From Nitrospirales bacterium (lineage in GTDB: Bacteria; Nitrospirota; Nitrospiria; Nitrospirales; UBA8639): a stretch of 64,000 nucleotides of DNA. Below the pieces are notes generated by a model. The model was not told the DNA's origin, searched no databases, and saw nothing but the letters and a program-made list of their open reading frames with translations. This document shows positions 58,801-64,000 of this stretch, piece after piece (positions within the stretch are counted from its first letter, which is position 1; each line of letters opens with the position of its first letter). The position numbers were made by a program, and so were the translations under genes. The stretch is taken from contig CBDBCZ010000016.1 of NCBI GenBank assembly GCA_965203295.1, positions 320,001 through 384,000 on the forward strand, read 5' to 3'.

Positions 58801-61800
58801 TGGATCAGGCAAAAGCACACTGGCTTGGCATGTGTGCCAAATGTGGGAATCTGGAAAACTGTTTCAGGACTATCAGACTGTTGTGTATGTCCAGCTGCGA
58901 GACCCAACGATCCAGTCAGCTCAGTCCATAGAAGATATCATTCCTGCAGAGAGCAGGGACCAGGCAAAAAGTGTGATGGAAGAAATTCGATCCTGCAGAG
59001 GTCAGAATCTACTGATAGTCCTAGACGGTTGGGATGAGCTACCATCCCATCTCCATGCAAAATCCATTTTCCATGAGCTCATTGTCTCTCCTCAGACTTT
59101 GAACTTACATTTCAGTGCAGTTATCGTAACTTCTCGACCGATTGCTTCAGGTGAGCTTTATCGCTTCATTTCTTCTCGTATTGAAATTCTCGGATTCACC
59201 CCAACTGAAGTGCAAGACTACTTCACAGAGGCACTTGGTGGGGAGGCTCAGGCTGTACAGAAGCTGCAGAATCAACTGAAGGAGTGTCCGATGGTGGAAG
59301 CAAGCTGCTATCTCCCTCTTAATGCTGCTATAGTTAGCCACTTATTTCTAGCACAGAACTACAGCCTACCAACCACCCTCCATGGAGTGTTTACGATGCT
59401 TGTTCTCTGCTGTCTCAAACGACATGTAGCAAAACAAGAGGGAGAGAGAGGAAAACAGCGTATTACATCTCTTGACAACCTTCCATCAGATATTGATCTT
59501 TTGTTTAAGGATGTGTATACACTAGCCTACCATGGGGTTATGGATAATAAGGCTACGTTTCCAATGGAGTACTTGGAGTCACGTGGACTACCGAAGATAT
59601 CACAAACTCTTGGTTTGCTTCAAGGTGTACAAAGCTTTACACCCCTTGATGATACTTCACCATCTTACTATTTTCTTCACTTGTCTGTTCAGGAACTTCT
59701 AGCCTCTTTTTATATCTCCAAGCTACCGGGAAAAGAGCAAGTAGTAGTGTTTAATAAGCTATTTGGGGAGCCTCGATTTGCGGCTGTGTTTCGATTTTTT
59801 GCCGCGTTTACTAAACTGGAAAATGAAGGTATCAGGAGGGTAATTGTTGATATCATTAACAAGGAGAACAAGCACCAGATTTTATATCTTCTCCACGGAC
59901 TTTACGAAGCTCAGACTCTCTCTCTGTGCGAGTTTGTGGGCTCTCAGTTGAGTAGAGATTTGGACCTTAGTTACATTACAGTGAGCCCAGTAGACTGCCT
60001 AGCAGTTGGCTACTTTATTGCTTGCTTCCATGGAAAGTTAACAGCAGATCTACACAAGTGTTCGCTTGATAGCTATAGAGTTAGGTACCTTACTAAAGAA
60101 TTGTCCAAGTGTACTATCTCTACCAGTATGCAGAAACCGGACTCAGTAGCCGCAGTTGCTGGTGTGTCTAGCTGTTTGGAGTTGAAACTTGAGTGAGTTC
60201 ATTAAGTAGTGCGGTACAGAGTTGTTCCGGTACTGATCATTTCTGAACTCTGTAGCTAATGCTTTAAGTTTGCTTTGTTTGATAAAGAGTTTTTTGTTGA
60301 ATCAACTATTAAATAGGCATAACACGTACTGGTGTCATTAGCCACACAGTGACTTCCAACTGTAACACTACATCAGGAGTTTAAATTTATGTAAGTACAC
60401 TTGCATGCCCTGAAGAAAATTGGACTCCATTGCCTGACATCATACCGTAGGCACTGAAGAATAATAATGGTATTTGATAAGTGGCTGCCTATTGATGTGC
60501 ATTGCCATAATTACACAACAGACTACAGCATGTACATGCAAGTTCCTCGTGTACGCTCCTCATGCATGCACCTGATGAATTCCCGGTGCTGCCACAACAG
60601 TGAGCACACACAACAGTGAAGAATGACAGCAGAGCCTGTACACGATTGAGTTTCTTACCCTTTGTCTACATACAGTTGTAAATTGTTCAAATCATTAATT
60701 GTTGAAAAACATTAATGTATACATGCTAAGGCAGAAATGAAAGGTTAGACTCATTTCATTATAGCTGATATAACCATCAAAATCTGACAAGAAGCCCTCA
60801 TAGTTAAATACCCTCCCAACATCAGCACCTGCCCATACTGTGTCAAAGAACAGCCCCAGGCCTGATGGCATGTATAAGTATACTCTGCACCATCTCTGAA
60901 GGTGCTAATTCTGCTGACTGTCAGTACAGACTGTCTCACCATGGCAATATAATATGTGTACATCCTACCTCATCCGATGGACTACTTCTCTTTCCTCAGT
61001 CTTCATGACAATATTGTTGGTACTGAAGGAGCAGCTCTCCTGTGTGAAGAGAATGTCATCCACTTGTTGAAGACACTAAAGTGAGTTCACTTACCGTATT
61101 ACTGTTGTCACATAGGTAAACTTCAATCGGTCTTCTAGTGTTTTCATGACTCAAGTATATTCCTGTCTATCACAGCAGTTAATGAACTAGTTGTTCATAA
61201 GTAAACCTTTCCCCCTGCTCTAAGGAAAGCCATACTGTGCAGGTATGTGCATGTCTAGTATACTTGTACACAGGACCCGCATATCCCATATATGGAAAGT
61301 TGTAGCATAACCCTAGTCTCAAAATGTGCTCTTTCAGAGACCGTGACAACACACGTGTACAGCAGTCAAATGAGTCTAACCAAAATAATTTCATTCAATC
61401 TGCCTTAGCATGTATTATATTAACTAACAATTGTTTTTCAACAATGATTTGTGTGTCTGAAATGTAAATAAACTACGTAAGTAACAATTACATCGTCATT
61501 GTGTACTAAGAATGGCTTAGGTGTGGGCTAGATCAGTTTATGACCATCTTATTGTAGTGAGTATAGCAACCCCACACCACCTATGAGGGTGTAGCTTTAA
61601 AATCCACACTTGTGCACTGGAAATTTATTCCAGCTAATCTACAGGTGATCCTTCTGTAGCCACTGAAGTGATAACATCACCAGGCTCTGAAAGAGATGAG
61701 CCAAGGAGTTAGGCTAACTGCAGATGTCAATTGAGATCTCCCTTCACATACGTGCAGTGGCTGTAGACTACTAACTGTACTAAAATGCTATTACGTTCCA

Positions 61801-62912
61801 CCTACACTGATTGTGGCCACTTGTATCTTTTTACAGTCTTGATTCCAATAGGCTATCTGACAATGCAGCCAGAGCCATCGCTGATGCTCTGAAGGTCAAC
61901 GACAGTCTGTCAGAACTATCGTGAGTTTAATGGGCGTTTGCTCTTGATGATTGCCCACTAATGTTTACTGATGAGTTGCAGCTAAGCCTTAGACGACTAG
62001 GATGTTCCAAATAGGCTTTGAACTTCCTCTCTATAAATACCTCTCCACAGGATGGGTGTGTACAGACAACAAACTCTAAAATACTGATAAGCTTCATCGA
62101 CTGTCTGTACTTCCACTTGCCTAGAGAGAACACATTCAGTTAGGTAGTACTGTGTTATATACATTACTGCCATTTGTGTCTCTGCACAGTCTCGCTTCTA
62201 ACAGGATAACTGAAGAAGGCGGGAGAGACATCGCCGACTCTCTGAAGTGCAACAAGAGCCTGAGAAAACTGAAGTGAGTTCAGTCACTGTTTGCTCTTGT
62301 TTTTTACCCTCTCAAGTTTATTTAATAGTTACTGTAGCTATTCCCAATGCTTAGACAGCTTACTCTTTTTACAGATTATTAACACCAAACAGGAAGCTAC
62401 AAGTGTTGTTATTATACTTATAGTCTCATTAGTATAACAACAATAATAGCTTAGGTGACATTACTGGGTGGGAGTTAAAGCCTCATACGGGTATTGTAAT
62501 ACATAGCACTCCACACTGCCTATGATGGTGTAGCTTTACAACACACACCTGTACACTGGGGAAATATCTTTCAGCTATACTACAAGTGTTCCTTCTGTAG
62601 CCACTATTGTGAAAGCATCACCCCAGGCCCTCTCCACTGTGTATGAAAAAAGATGAGTCCAGGAGCTATCCAGCTACTGATGTCAGTTGAGATCTGCCAC
62701 ATACATGTGGTGGTTACATATTACTAACTGCAAAACTACTGATAAGTCCATCTACACTGATAATGGCCATTTGTGTCTCTTTGTACAGTCTTAGTCTCTG
62801 TCTCTTGTTCTTGTGTCTCTTTATACAGTCTTAGTTACAATATGCTATCTGACATTGGGGCCAGTGCCATTGCTGAAGCTCTGAAGGTCAACAACAGTCT
62901 GACAGAAATAAA
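55860..62912 (+). CDS. NLR (2A-leader - Death - NACHT - LRR), spliced; 3' end uncertain
   Basis: Exons in consistent phase: 55860-56370 (hydrophobic leader + GDVELNPGP), 57523-57564, 57787-58077 (Death domain: W..I.L.L...I...CL..VL.KWL...PTW..LV.AV...LA.EI), 58455-60192 (NACHT: GAPGSGKS, LLIVLDGWDEL, VTSRP, YYFLHLSVQELLA), and LRR exons 61000-61080, 61837-61920, 62190-62273 and 62829-62912. A possible terminal exon lies at 63817-63841, or the gene may continue beyond the window. Confidence 0.9.
56334..56360 (+). other. 2A-like (StopGo / ribosome skipping) motif G-D-V-E-L-N-P-G|P
   Basis: GGA GAC GTG GAG CTC AAT CCG GGG CCG matches D(V/I)ExNPG|P and is preceded by a Leu-rich helix LRLLLALGWLLIVA. 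Confidence 0.85.
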
Positions 62913-64000
62913 GTGAGTTCAATAGTTGCTTGTTCTTGAAGATTACCCTCTCATGTATACTGTGGTACAAGTCGGTTCCATCACTCGGTTTTGGTGCACG
63001 GTTTAGTCCTTCATGTAACTACCCTTAGCTTGCTACATTTGACATGCAAGCATGCCCTCTTTCATAGGCAGCCCAATTCCCGTGCCACTCTCTGCAGTGG
63101 AATATATACCATGTATGCACTTGTTAGTAAATGTGTCTGCACTGCTAGGATTCTCCCTATAGCAAAATCTTTATACTGTGGAGTGACCTATAAAACAAGT
63201 CTGACATTTCATGTCTAAAAAACCAGCCGGGCACCTTTCCCGTACATTACAATAAGTTACACACAACTCAGCGTAGGCCAAGCTAACTGCAGCTGCAGAA
63301 CGACGAATTATAGTAACTATACTACAGCATAGTCATGTTTCCAGACCTACAAATTATAGGCATGCTGTAGAAACAACGCAGTTCAGCGAAATTGCCGACT
63401 CAGCAGTTTTGTCGTGCGCTTCTAGTTAGTAGTTATACGCCACCAAAACAGGATCTTTACGGCTGCCTACCAAGTTTTCGCCACCTAGGCAACTCACAAC
63501 TACCCTCGTTTGCTGTAGCTTGGCCTGCAAACCTCCAAAAGCTGCTATATACTGCAGTTGCATAGTAACGTATGACGTAATATACTGCGCACGTGATAAG
63601 TGCGGACGCACAAACAAACAGACGCGGAAAACGTAAAGCAATCTTAGGACCAGCCGTTCGCGCGCTGCGCGCGCTCCGGCTGGTAAAAAAATCATTTTCT
63701 ATAACCATGGTTGTAAAAAGATAATATCAGTATAGAGTACATGTGTAATGCTATATAAAACATTGTGTGTCCACTTTATGCTACTTTTAGTTGGCAGTCT
63801 CATTAACACACTTCAGTCTTAGGAAGACATTCACTAATTAAACTTTGGATACTAAACTCTGTACAGAAGTCCCCAGTAATTCCCTTTGGAGTGGTATAGG
63901 CTGTATGAATTCTTCCCACGACATACATTTTGTCATTGGAATTCACACTTCACTTTCATCTCCTGGAATTATCACAGCCTTCGTCCTTTACTTCATGACT

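Overview
This is eukaryotic, intron-rich animal DNA, most likely a demosponge. That taxon call is an inference from the Death-NACHT-LRR and DED genes, the Ig-exon style and the repeat families. From left to right: (1) the 3' end of an intact-looking Gypsy LTR retrotransposon (integrase, PPT, 217-bp LTR). (2) A 23-coding-exon NAA15 (NatA auxiliary subunit) gene on +, 4527-38479. Its first exon lies outside the window, one intron is U12-type, and the introns are filled with Helentron/HINE, Academ-type (9-bp TSD) and pogo-type elements. (3) An intronless DED-domain gene nested on the same strand inside a NAA15 intron. (4) A second intact paralog of that gene just downstream, followed by decayed collinear copies of NAA15 exons. 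This looks like a tandem segmental duplication in which only the nested gene survived. (5) LINE RT and Ig-exon relics and satellites. (6) A probable CTC1-like pseudogene on the minus strand. (7) A spliced Death-NACHT-LRR (NLR) gene whose first exon encodes a hydrophobic 166-aa leader ending in a canonical 2A/StopGo motif (GDVELNPG|P). The most notable items are the 2A-gated NLR and the nested, duplicated and mosaic DED gene pair. All coordinates and homologies were read by eye; no database searches were run.
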